From NCBI GenBank assembly GCA_964457265.1, contig CAYWEI010000003.1:3732-43597 (forward strand): a stretch of 39,866 nucleotides of DNA. The letters run 5' to 3'. The translations under genes and the position numbers were made by a program. The first letter of the stretch is position 1; the number at the start of each line of letters is the position of its first letter. The notes under the pieces are model-generated. The model saw only the letters and a program-made list of their open reading frames with translations, did no database searches and had not been told where the DNA came from. The stretch is from an uncultured Candidatus Saccharibacteria bacterium (GTDB lineage: Bacteria; Patescibacteriota; Minisyncoccia; Phycocordibacterales; Phycocordibacteraceae). Below are positions 32,507 through 39,740 of the stretch, piece after piece.

Positions 32507-33496
32507 ATGCGTTTCTTCATCGTGTTTCTCGCTCTTGCCGCTCTCTTTTCATATACGACGCCCGTCGTCGCGCAGGGAATCCCGGGCGCAGAGACGATCA
32601 CCGTCGCGCTCACTCCCGATTATCCGCGACCCTACCAGGTAGTGCACCTCACCCCGGGCAGCACGGTGCTCAATCTTTCCGCGGTCACCGTCACTATCAC
32701 CGTGAACGGCACCAAGATATACGAAGGAAGCGGTACGGGTGGCGCTGATTTCCAGGTGGGCGCAGCAGGAGAGAAGACGACCGTCGTAACCTCAGTCAGG
32801 GATGCATCCGGGGGAGTGACTAGCGTCACGAACGTCATACGGCCGGCCGAAGTCTCGCTCATCGTCGAGCCGGTCTCGACTACGCATCCGTTCTACAAGG
32901 GCGCGAGCCTGGTGGCCTCGGAAGGCACGGTGCGCCTGGTCGCTATCGCCGATATGCGTTCATCGACGGGGGCCCGCATCCCATCCTCGAGCCTCGTATA
33001 TACCTGGCGTCTGGGCGAGCGTGTCCTTACCGACGTATCCGGTATCGGGAAATCAGTGATAACGACTACCGCTCCCGTCCGGTACCGGAACGCGCCTATC
33101 ACCGTCACCGTGACGAACGCGGACAGTTCGCTCGTAGGGGAGGCGAGCGCTCTCGTGTCTGCTACCGATCCGGCGGTCCGCATCTATCGGAACGATCCGT
33201 TGCTCGGACCCGACTACGACACGGCGATCAGCGGGAAATTCTCTATGCCCGACACAGAAGCTACGTTCCGTTCGGTAGGCTACTTCTTCGCCGTACCGCC
33301 TATATTCGCGTGGAGCGTGAACGGTTCGGCGAGCGGTAACGACAAGGACATCACTGTACGCGCGACGGGGAGCGGGAAGGGCGTAGCCCAGCTCCGGCTC
33401 GCCGCTGATGAGCGGGCGCATTATCAGTCTGCAGAGCAGAGAGTCTCCGTGGAGTTCGGGGCAGGGAAGGGAGCGCTCGGCATATTCGGCCTATAA
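32507..33496 (+). CDS. secreted beta-rich protein, unknown function
   Basis: Signal peptide MRFFIVFLALAALFSYTTPVVAQG, then a Thr/Val/Ser-rich sequence suggesting Ig-like beta domains. Confidence 0.55.
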   Translation: MRFFIVFLALAALFSYTTPVVAQGIPGAETITVALTPDYPRPYQVVHLTPGSTVLNLSAVTVTITVNGTKIYEGSGTGGADFQVGAAGEKTTVVTSVRDASGGVTSVTNVIRPAEVSLIVEPVSTTHPFYKGASLVASEGTVRLVAIADMRSSTGARIPSSSLVYTWRLGERVLTDVSGIGKSVITTTAPVRYRNAPITVTVTNADSSLVGEASALVSATDPAVRIYRNDPLLGPDYDTAISGKFSMPDTEATFRSVGYFFAVPPIFAWSVNGSASGNDKDITVRATGSGKGVAQLRLAADERAHYQSAEQRVSVEFGAGKGALGIFGL

Positions 33497-33499
33497 TCT

Positions 33500-34243
33500 A
33501 TGAAATACCTACGATACGTTCCGTTCCTGCTCCTGCTCCTGGTGCCCATGGCGACGCTCGCTGCGGCTGACACCTCCTTCGTTCCTCTTACGAACGTACC
33601 GTTCCTCGAAAAGGCAGGCGATGCTCAGAATCTCCCTGAGTTCCTCAACCAGCTCTATCGCATCTGCATCGGGCTCGCAGCCGTGCTCGCCGTGCTGCAG
33701 ATCATGCGTGCGGGCGTCATGTATATGGGAAGCGACAGCGGCTTCGCGGAGAAGAAAGAGGCGAAGAACCTCATCGGGCTCGCGATCGGCGGACTGATCC
33801 TGGTCCTTTCCCCCGTCGTCGTATTTTCAATCATCAATCCCGACATACTGAGCCTCAAGATAGAAGGGATCGAAGACTTGAGACCGAAGAATGACGTCGG
33901 AGCGACCTCGGGCGATGGTCTGAGCACTGAGATATCGGACGGAGACACTACCACCGCATGCAAAGCGAAGGGAGGAAAAGCTGCTCTGTTCTGCGGAAGC
34001 ACTGCGAACGGCACCCAGGATGTACTGGCAGGGAACACCTGTCCGACCGGAAGCTCCCTCAAGACGAGTTGCGGCGTCTCTACAACCGTCCCTACCCAGT
34101 GCTCGCTCTATGATCCGAGCTCCGCAGAATTCAGTCTCGCCGAGGGCATGCAATCATGTTCCGCAGACAAGGAGAGCGTGAATGCCGAGTGCTGCCAGCA
34201 GAACGTCCGGCCAGGATACGTATGCTGCATGAAGAAGAAATAA
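33500..34243 (+). CDS. VirB2/TrbC-like pilin candidate with a 10-Cys C-terminal extension
   Basis: Signal peptide (…ATLAAAD). Two hydrophobic helices (ICIGLAAVLAVLQIM and LIGLAIGGLILVLSPVVVFSII) separated by a short charged loop. A ~120-aa tail then carries 10 Cys and ends CCMKKK. Confidence 0.55.
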   Translation: MKYLRYVPFLLLLLVPMATLAAADTSFVPLTNVPFLEKAGDAQNLPEFLNQLYRICIGLAAVLAVLQIMRAGVMYMGSDSGFAEKKEAKNLIGLAIGGLILVLSPVVVFSIINPDILSLKIEGIEDLRPKNDVGATSGDGLSTEISDGDTTTACKAKGGKAALFCGSTANGTQDVLAGNTCPTGSSLKTSCGVSTTVPTQCSLYDPSSAEFSLAEGMQSCSADKESVNAECCQQNVRPGYVCCMKKK

Positions 34244-34244
34244 T

Positions 34245-35477
34245 ATGAACCGCCGTATCCTCATCATCGTAGCGGGTGCAATCGTCGTCCTCGGCATCAT
34301 CGCGGCGCTCTATTTCTTCGTGTTCGCGCCGGGAGCGAAGCTGGACGTCGATACGACAGGCTCATTCGGCAGCAGCGGCGACCGCGAGCCGGGGGAAATC
34401 TCCGACGGGGGACCGATACAAGGGGCGGGAGTCGTGGTCGCGCCGCGCCTGATGCGTATCACGGACGGCCCGGTCGCCAAGGGAGCCGTCGCTATCTATA
34501 TCCCGCCCGCTGTCATCTCTTCGTCCACTACCACCGCGACCTCGACGCAGCAGACCGCGCCTGCTGACGTGGAGGTGCGCTACATCGAGCGAGAGAGCGG
34601 TAACGTGTTCTCGTTCCTCGTGCATGACCGGCTCCAGACCCGCATAAGCAACCGGACGCTCCCGGGCGTACAGGAAGCCTCGTGGACGAGCGACGGGAAG
34701 CGCGCCTTCGCTCAGTTCCTCACGCGAGCGAGCGGCGGCGCCGAGCATGTCGACACCTATTCGCTCTCTGCCAACGGAGACGACGACGGCTACTTCATGG
34801 AACAGGGCCTGGAACAGGTGATAGTGAACGGGACGAGCACCGTCTTCTCGCTCCTGCCGTCGAGCACCGGCTCTACCGGTACGCTCTCGGCGCCTGACGG
34901 CACAGGAAGCCGGACGGTGTTCACCTCAGCGCTCACTCAGATGCGCGCCGCGTTCTCGGGCGCGGATCTCGTAATGACCACCAAAGCGTCCGCGACGGCT
35001 GATGGGTATGCATTCCTCGTAAACCGCACGAGCGGCTCCTTCTCGCGCCTCTTGGGGCCGTTCAAGGGCCTCACGTCGCTCGCAGACCCTACCGGCCGGT
35101 CGGTCCTGTTCAGCTATATGGATAAAGGGAAGCTCTATACGCAGGTACTGAACATCGCGGCGCACACCGTGACGCCTCTTCCGCTCGCGACCCTTTCCGA
35201 GAAGTGCGCATGGAGCGCTGACGGGCGCGCAGTCTATTGCGCCGTGCCGACTTCGCTCGGGAAGAATCTTCCGGACGACTGGTATCAGGGAGTCTCCGCT
35301 TTCACTGACCGCATATGGCGCATCGATCTCGACACCCGTCTCGCGACCTTGCTAGTCGATCCGAGCCAGGTAGCGGAAGTCACCATAGACGCCGTCTCGC
35401 TCACGCTCGATAGCCAGAGCGACGTGCTCATATTCACGAATCGCCGTGACGGATCTCTCTGGAGCTACGACCTTTAG
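34245..35477 (+). CDS. N-terminally anchored extracytoplasmic protein, possibly beta-propeller-like, unknown function
   Basis: Anchor ILIIVAGAIVVLGIIAALYFFVF, then a ~370-aa beta-rich domain. It starts 1 nt after the upstream stop. Confidence 0.55.
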   Translation: MNRRILIIVAGAIVVLGIIAALYFFVFAPGAKLDVDTTGSFGSSGDREPGEISDGGPIQGAGVVVAPRLMRITDGPVAKGAVAIYIPPAVISSSTTTATSTQQTAPADVEVRYIERESGNVFSFLVHDRLQTRISNRTLPGVQEASWTSDGKRAFAQFLTRASGGAEHVDTYSLSANGDDDGYFMEQGLEQVIVNGTSTVFSLLPSSTGSTGTLSAPDGTGSRTVFTSALTQMRAAFSGADLVMTTKASATADGYAFLVNRTSGSFSRLLGPFKGLTSLADPTGRSVLFSYMDKGKLYTQVLNIAAHTVTPLPLATLSEKCAWSADGRAVYCAVPTSLGKNLPDDWYQGVSAFTDRIWRIDLDTRLATLLVDPSQVAEVTIDAVSLTLDSQSDVLIFTNRRDGSLWSYDL

Positions 35478-35494
35478 CACGGAGCTGAAGATAT

Positions 35495-35522
35495 GAAAAA
35501 CGCCGCATATGCGGCGTTTTTC
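35495..35522. terminator. bidirectional rho-independent terminator closing the block and yidC
   Basis: gaaaaacgccgc-atat-gcggcgtttttc. Confidence 0.75.
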
Positions 35523-35526
35523 ATAT

Positions 35527-36273
35527 CTAGATAGGAGCCGAGGTGCTGTCCGGGGGAGAGAACTTCTGCCGACGCACGATGAATTCCTGCACGATGCCCA
35601 CGACAGCGCCCGTTATGAAATAGAGAGCGATAGCGCTCGAGGTATAGAACGCCGCGATTCCGATGAATATCGGCAGGAGGAACCGCATCTGGAGCGCCAT
35701 GACGCGAGCGAAGTCCTCCTGCATATCCGTTCCCGGCTTATCTGATTTAGGCGGCACGGGAATCGAGTACCAGATCTGGATGCACTGGAATGCGGCGGCG
35801 AGGGCGGCGAGCAAGAGGCTCGTTCCTGCGACAGCGAAGATGCCGAGGAAGAGCGGGGAAACCTGGCTCGGTACGCTGACGAACGAGTAGAGGAGGGAAG
35901 TATCTACGGTCGAGAGCGTGTGGCTCTGGAATACCAGGTAGAGGCCGATCAGGATAGGGAACTGCAGGAGCGCCGTAAGGATGCCCGCGAAAGGATTGAT
36001 GCCGTATTTCTTATACAGCGCCAGCGTCTCCCTTCCTCTCTTTTCCGGATCCTCCTTATACAGAGCCTGGATCTTCTTCATCTCGGGCTGAAGGGCACGC
36101 GATGCGCGGGCGGTCCGGAGCTGGGAGAACGTGAGCGGAAGGATCGCGAGGCGCACTATTATCGTGGCGCAGATGACCGCGATACCGATATCTCCTCCCG
36201 GAACGATATCGACCAGGAAGATGAGGAGGTTATAGATCGGAACGTAGACGATCGAATGGAAGAGGGACATCAT
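35527..36273 (-). CDS. yidC: membrane protein insertase YidC (short, monoderm-type)
   Basis: LQPEMKKIQALYKEDPEKRGRETLALYKKYGINPFAGILTALLQFPILIGLY. Confidence 0.9.
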   Translation of the reverse strand: MMSLFHSIVYVPIYNLLIFLVDIVPGGDIGIAVICATIIVRLAILPLTFSQLRTARASRALQPEMKKIQALYKEDPEKRGRETLALYKKYGINPFAGILTALLQFPILIGLYLVFQSHTLSTVDTSLLYSFVSVPSQVSPLFLGIFAVAGTSLLLAALAAAFQCIQIWYSIPVPPKSDKPGTDMQEDFARVMALQMRFLLPIFIGIAAFYTSSAIALYFITGAVVGIVQEFIVRRQKFSPPDSTSAPI

Positions 36274-36286
36274 AGATGCCTACAGT

Positions 36287-36613
36287 CTACCGTATGGGGC
36301 CGAGAGTGCGAATCAGGAGCGCCTCCAGCTCCTCCTTAAGCGCAGGGAAGGGGAGCGCCGCGCTTCCCGGACGGGCATAGATCACCAGGGCGCGAGTCTC
36401 GCTGCACCAGGGCAGGGCTGCTGCCACTATCCTGCGCTTCAGCGTGTGACGATCGACGGAAAGCTTCGCCACTTTCTTCGAGATAACCACCGCGCATCCT
36501 CCTTGATCCTCCGTCGGACGGATCGAGAGCGAGAAATGGGGGCTTACGACCCGTCTGAGAGGGCCCAGGAGCGCAAAATGCGCCCGAGTGAGGCGCAGAT
36601 TACGAGGAAGCAT
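36287..36613 (-). CDS. rnpA: ribonuclease P protein component
   Basis: AVVISKKVAKLSVDRHTLKRRI motif. Its position between rpmH and yidC fits the call. The ATG overlaps the rpmH stop by 1 nt. Confidence 0.87.
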   Translation of the reverse strand: MLPRNLRLTRAHFALLGPLRRVVSPHFSLSIRPTEDQGGCAVVISKKVAKLSVDRHTLKRRIVAAALPWCSETRALVIYARPGSAALPFPALKEELEALLIRTLGPIR

Positions 36614-36750
36614 TAGACAGTGAGCTTAGCGCGGCCCTTGCGGCGGCGGCGTAGCAGCACGTTGCGGCCAGTCGAGGTGGCTGTACGGGCACGGAAACCG
36701 TGGGTCCGGGCGCGCTTGCGCTTCTTCGGCTGATAGGTGCGCTTAGGCAT
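36613..36750 (-). CDS. rpmH: 50S ribosomal protein L34
   Basis: Not in the ORF track because it is under 60 aa. My translation of the reverse strand gives [45 protein letters not shown]. Confidence 0.93.
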   Translation of the reverse strand: MPKRTYQPKKRKRARTHGFRARTATSTGRNVLLRRRRKGRAKLTV

Positions 36751-36759
36751 ATGCACAGG

Positions 36760-36765
36760 ATACTA
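36760..36765 (-). promoter_or_regulatory. -10-like TAGTAT 9 nt upstream of the rpmH ATG (possible leaderless promoter)
   Basis: atacta on the plus strand. No Shine-Dalgarno sequence between it and the ATG. Confidence 0.3.
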
Positions 36766-36836
36766 ACAGGTCGCAGCCTTGCCCGCAAGGAAATGCCTCG
36801 CCCGCCGCGGCGTTCGCTCTTTCCGGAACCCAGCCG

Positions 36837-36842
36837 TATAAT
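36837..36842 (+). promoter_or_regulatory. -10 consensus TATAAT 9 nt upstream of the dnaA ATG (possible leaderless promoter)
   Basis: cagccgTATAATacgtccacgATG. There is no SD sequence and no good -35. Confidence 0.3.
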
Positions 36843-36851
36843 ACGTCCACG

Positions 36852-38201
36852 ATGAATCGTTTGGATCCACGCGAGCTCTGGGAATACGTCCTCACGCAGG
36901 TAGAACTCTCGGTTTCTCCAGCGAACTTCAATACCTGGTTCCGCGACAGCTCCATCGTGAAGATCGAAGACGGCATCGTCTTCGTCGGCGTCCCCAGCCA
37001 GTTCTTCCGCGACTGGTATCTGAAGAAATTCAACGCCCTCCTGCTTAAGATCATACGTTCGGTTTCCTACGAATACAGGAACATCGAGTACATGATCGTG
37101 AAGGACGATCGCCGCAAACCCAAGGAAATACGCCGTATTCCGCAGCAGACCACCGAGATGCCGCTCGATGAGTTCTATATAAACAAGAGCGATAATCTCA
37201 ATCCGCGCTACACGTTCGATTCGTTCGTGATCGGCGCATTCAATGAGCTCGCCTACACGGCTGCTGAGGCGGCGATAAAGCGTCCGGGCATCCTCTACAA
37301 CCCTCTCTTCATCTACGGAGACACCGGGAGAGGGAAGACGCACCTTATCCAGGCTATCGGGAACAATTTCAAGAAGATGTACCCGAACCGGAAAGTCTTC
37401 TACCTCACGAGCGAGAAATTCGGCACCGATTACACGGATTCGCTCCAGGCGGGCACCGCGAACCGCTTCAAGGAGAAATATCGCCAGTTCGACTTGCTGA
37501 TCATGGACGATGTCCAGTTCCTCTCGAAGAAGGAGAAGATGCAGGAGGAGCTCTTCCACCTGTTCAATGCCTTCCACGACAACAACAAGCAGGTGATCTT
37601 CTCCTCCGACCGGGCTCCTTCCTCGATTCCTGACATAGCCGAGCGCCTGCGCGGCCGTTTCGCGAGCGGCATGTCGGTGGATATCGGAGAACCTGATACC
37701 GAGAGCCGTATGGCAATAGTGAGGAAGAAGGCCGCGCTGCACGGCGTGACCCTCTCTGATGAGGTCATCGAATACATCGCCACCTCTATTTCCGGCTCTA
37801 TCCGAGAGCTCGAAGGCGTCATAAACAGCGTGGTCTGCCACACGCAGGTGAAAGGGGTGCCGCCTGATCTCGCGGAGGTCCGTCAATCTCTCCGATCGTT
37901 CGCGCGGCCCCAGAAGACCGTGTCGGTTAAGCATGTGGTATCGAAAGTCGCCGAATATTACGGCATCGATGAGGAAAGCATCTATGAGAAGACCCGCAGG
38001 AGGGAAGTGGTCCGTCCGCGCCAGGTCATCATGTATCTGCTCCGAGAAGACTTCAGCGTCTCGTATCCGACGATAGGATCGAAGCTCGGAGGGCGCGACC
38101 ACACTACCGTGATTCACTCTTGCGAGAAGGTGAAGCGAGAGGTCATGGTCGATCCTGACCTCGCGAAAGAGATCCAGGACATCCGCGGCCTGTTGGTATA
38201 G
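36852..38201 (+). CDS. dnaA: chromosomal replication initiator protein DnaA
   Basis: N-terminus [21 protein letters not shown], Walker [13 protein letters not shown], Walker [11 protein letters not shown], and a domain IV with [10 protein letters not shown]...[10 protein letters not shown]. Confidence 0.96.
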   Translation: MNRLDPRELWEYVLTQVELSVSPANFNTWFRDSSIVKIEDGIVFVGVPSQFFRDWYLKKFNALLLKIIRSVSYEYRNIEYMIVKDDRRKPKEIRRIPQQTTEMPLDEFYINKSDNLNPRYTFDSFVIGAFNELAYTAAEAAIKRPGILYNPLFIYGDTGRGKTHLIQAIGNNFKKMYPNRKVFYLTSEKFGTDYTDSLQAGTANRFKEKYRQFDLLIMDDVQFLSKKEKMQEELFHLFNAFHDNNKQVIFSSDRAPSSIPDIAERLRGRFASGMSVDIGEPDTESRMAIVRKKAALHGVTLSDEVIEYIATSISGSIRELEGVINSVVCHTQVKGVPPDLAEVRQSLRSFARPQKTVSVKHVVSKVAEYYGIDEESIYEKTRRREVVRPRQVIMYLLREDFSVSYPTIGSKLGGRDHTTVIHSCEKVKREVMVDPDLAKEIQDIRGLLV

Positions 38202-38202
38202 T

Positions 38203-38417
38203 TGGGGATAACCTATGTATAACGGCGGGGAGAGAGCAGGGGCTTATGGGGAGAACAGAAGGACAGCTTTCAGCCTTATCCACGTTATCCCCGGATCCGG
38301 AGGGGAAATCAGCCAGTATTCAACAGCTTATCTCGGATGGACGAGCTTTTACGGCCCGAAGATACGCCTTACGATCGCTTGTCCCCGGTATCAACACCCC
38401 TAATAATAGTAGTGAGT
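38203..38417. other. candidate oriC / DnaA-box region in the dnaA-dnaN spacer
   Basis: tggggataa (38203-38211, revcomp TTATCCCCA). Tandem TTATCCACG (38276-38284) and TTATCCCCG (38285-38293). TTATCTCGG at 38328. A modestly AT-rich taataatagtagtgag sits just before dnaN. Confidence 0.45.
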
Positions 38418-39518
38418 ATGGTCATAACTTTAGAAAAGAAGAAATTCTCAGAAATAGTGCAGAGCGTCGCACGATTCGCTGAGCGCAGGAGCGGAACGCT
38501 CCCGGTTCTCGCAGGTATCGCGATCATCGCAGGGGATGACGGCATCAAGTTCCGAGCGACCAATCTCGAGACGGGTGTCGACATGAAAGCAGAAGGGACC
38601 ATCAAAGAGACCGGGGTGGTGGCCTTGCCTGCATCGACTCTCCGCGATATCGCCGCATCTCTCTCAGGGAGCGGGACGCTTACGCTCGAGCACTCCGGAG
38701 ATACGGTAGTAGTGTCGGGAGGAAACGGCCGCAGTACCCTCAAAACGCTTCCCTACGAGGATTTCCCCATACTTCCGCTCCCTGAGTCCCCGACAGCCAC
38801 CTTCACGCTGCCTGGCAGCCTTCTGCGCGCCTTGGTGACGTCCGTGATGGCTTACGCATCTACCTCGAGCGTCCGTCCTGAGCTCGCGAGCGTGCTCATC
38901 AGCGCTGAAGGCGGGGTACTGAAAGCGGTCGCGACCGATTCCTTCCGTCTCGCTGAGAAGAAGATATCCCTTCAAGGGACTATCGCTCCATTCTCGATGC
39001 TCATCCCCGCTAAGAATGCGGTAGATATCATGCAGACGCTTCCGGATGAGGACATCAAGGTCACGGTCGACGATCATCAATGCGCATTCTTCTGGAAGGA
39101 CGGCGTCCTTACTACGCGCCTGGTCTCTGCGAATTATCCGGACTATGCCCAGATCATCCCGAAGACCTTCATCGCGGAAGCGACCCTCCTCAAGAAAGAC
39201 TTAGAGGCGTCTCTCAAGCGCACGGCGATATTCTCCGATGCGTTCCAGAAGGTGAAGCTCGGGTTCGATCCGGCGCAGAAGCGGATAGGCCTTTCGGCAC
39301 AGAATGCGGACGTAGGCGATTCATCGGAAGGAGTTCTCGGTGCGGTCTCAGGCGATCCGGTCGAGCTCTCATTCAATCATCGGTATCTCTCGGCTCCGCT
39401 TTCCTCGATCGCGGCTGAGAGCGTCACTCTCTCCGCAAGCGGGATCGGCCGGGCGATGGTGCTTCGCGGTACGGGAGATAATTCCTTCCTGTATCTCGTG
39501 ATGCCGATGAATCAGTAG
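38418..39518 (+). CDS. dnaN: DNA polymerase III beta sliding clamp
   Basis: Start moved to MVITLEKKKFSEIVQSV (38418). Typical clamp features: RATNLETG, SFRLAEK, YPDYAQIIP, LVMPMN C-terminus. Confidence 0.93.
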   Translation: MVITLEKKKFSEIVQSVARFAERRSGTLPVLAGIAIIAGDDGIKFRATNLETGVDMKAEGTIKETGVVALPASTLRDIAASLSGSGTLTLEHSGDTVVVSGGNGRSTLKTLPYEDFPILPLPESPTATFTLPGSLLRALVTSVMAYASTSSVRPELASVLISAEGGVLKAVATDSFRLAEKKISLQGTIAPFSMLIPAKNAVDIMQTLPDEDIKVTVDDHQCAFFWKDGVLTTRLVSANYPDYAQIIPKTFIAEATLLKKDLEASLKRTAIFSDAFQKVKLGFDPAQKRIGLSAQNADVGDSSEGVLGAVSGDPVELSFNHRYLSAPLSSIAAESVTLSASGIGRAMVLRGTGDNSFLYLVMPMNQ

Positions 39519-39537
39519 CCCGCTTCACTTGCGACAA

Positions 39538-39568
39538 CAGAAAGCGCCCCCCCAGGGCGCGCTTTCTG
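39538..39568 (+). terminator. rho-independent terminator of dnaN
   Basis: cagaaagcgc-loop-gcgctttctg followed by tttatt. Confidence 0.75.
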
Positions 39569-39627
39569 TTTATTCAATCTCTAAAGTTTAGGAACGGCTG
39601 CAGTACGCAGTCGCGTAGAGTCACTTC

Positions 39628-39740
39628 GGAATGTATCTTTTTGCATCCGCTCCACGGGTCCCCGTATAGTTTCCTAACGCCTCCCGCAAGTCGGCTGAAA
39701 CCATACGTCCCGTGTTCGCTCCTGAAAAAGTATACATTCC
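39628..39740. ncRNA. structured RNA element, copy 2 (same family as 19438-19546)
   Basis: Outer stem ggaatgtatcttttt/aaaaagtatacattcc. Inner stem cgtatagtttc/gaaaccatacg. Apical loop gcctcccgcaagtcggct. Confidence 0.5.

Noticed and set aside
33492-33497. TATAAT 2 nt before the pilin-like ATG, and GATAAT 5 nt before the 24129 ATG, considered as further leaderless promoters.
   Set aside because: Both overlap the TAA stop of the upstream gene and are too close to the ATG for a transcript to include the start codon. They are more likely by-products of stop-start junctions.
36600-38117. 505-aa ORF antisense to dnaA. Similar long antisense or alternate-frame ORFs lie at 1649-2368, 14317-15186, 16841-17599, 18079-18966, 21287-21940, 24279-24896 and 26080-26814.
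   Set aside because: Each lies opposite or out of frame to a gene with unmistakable family motifs. Their products are Arg/Ser/Pro/Gly-rich with no motifs, which is typical of shadow ORFs in GC-rich DNA.
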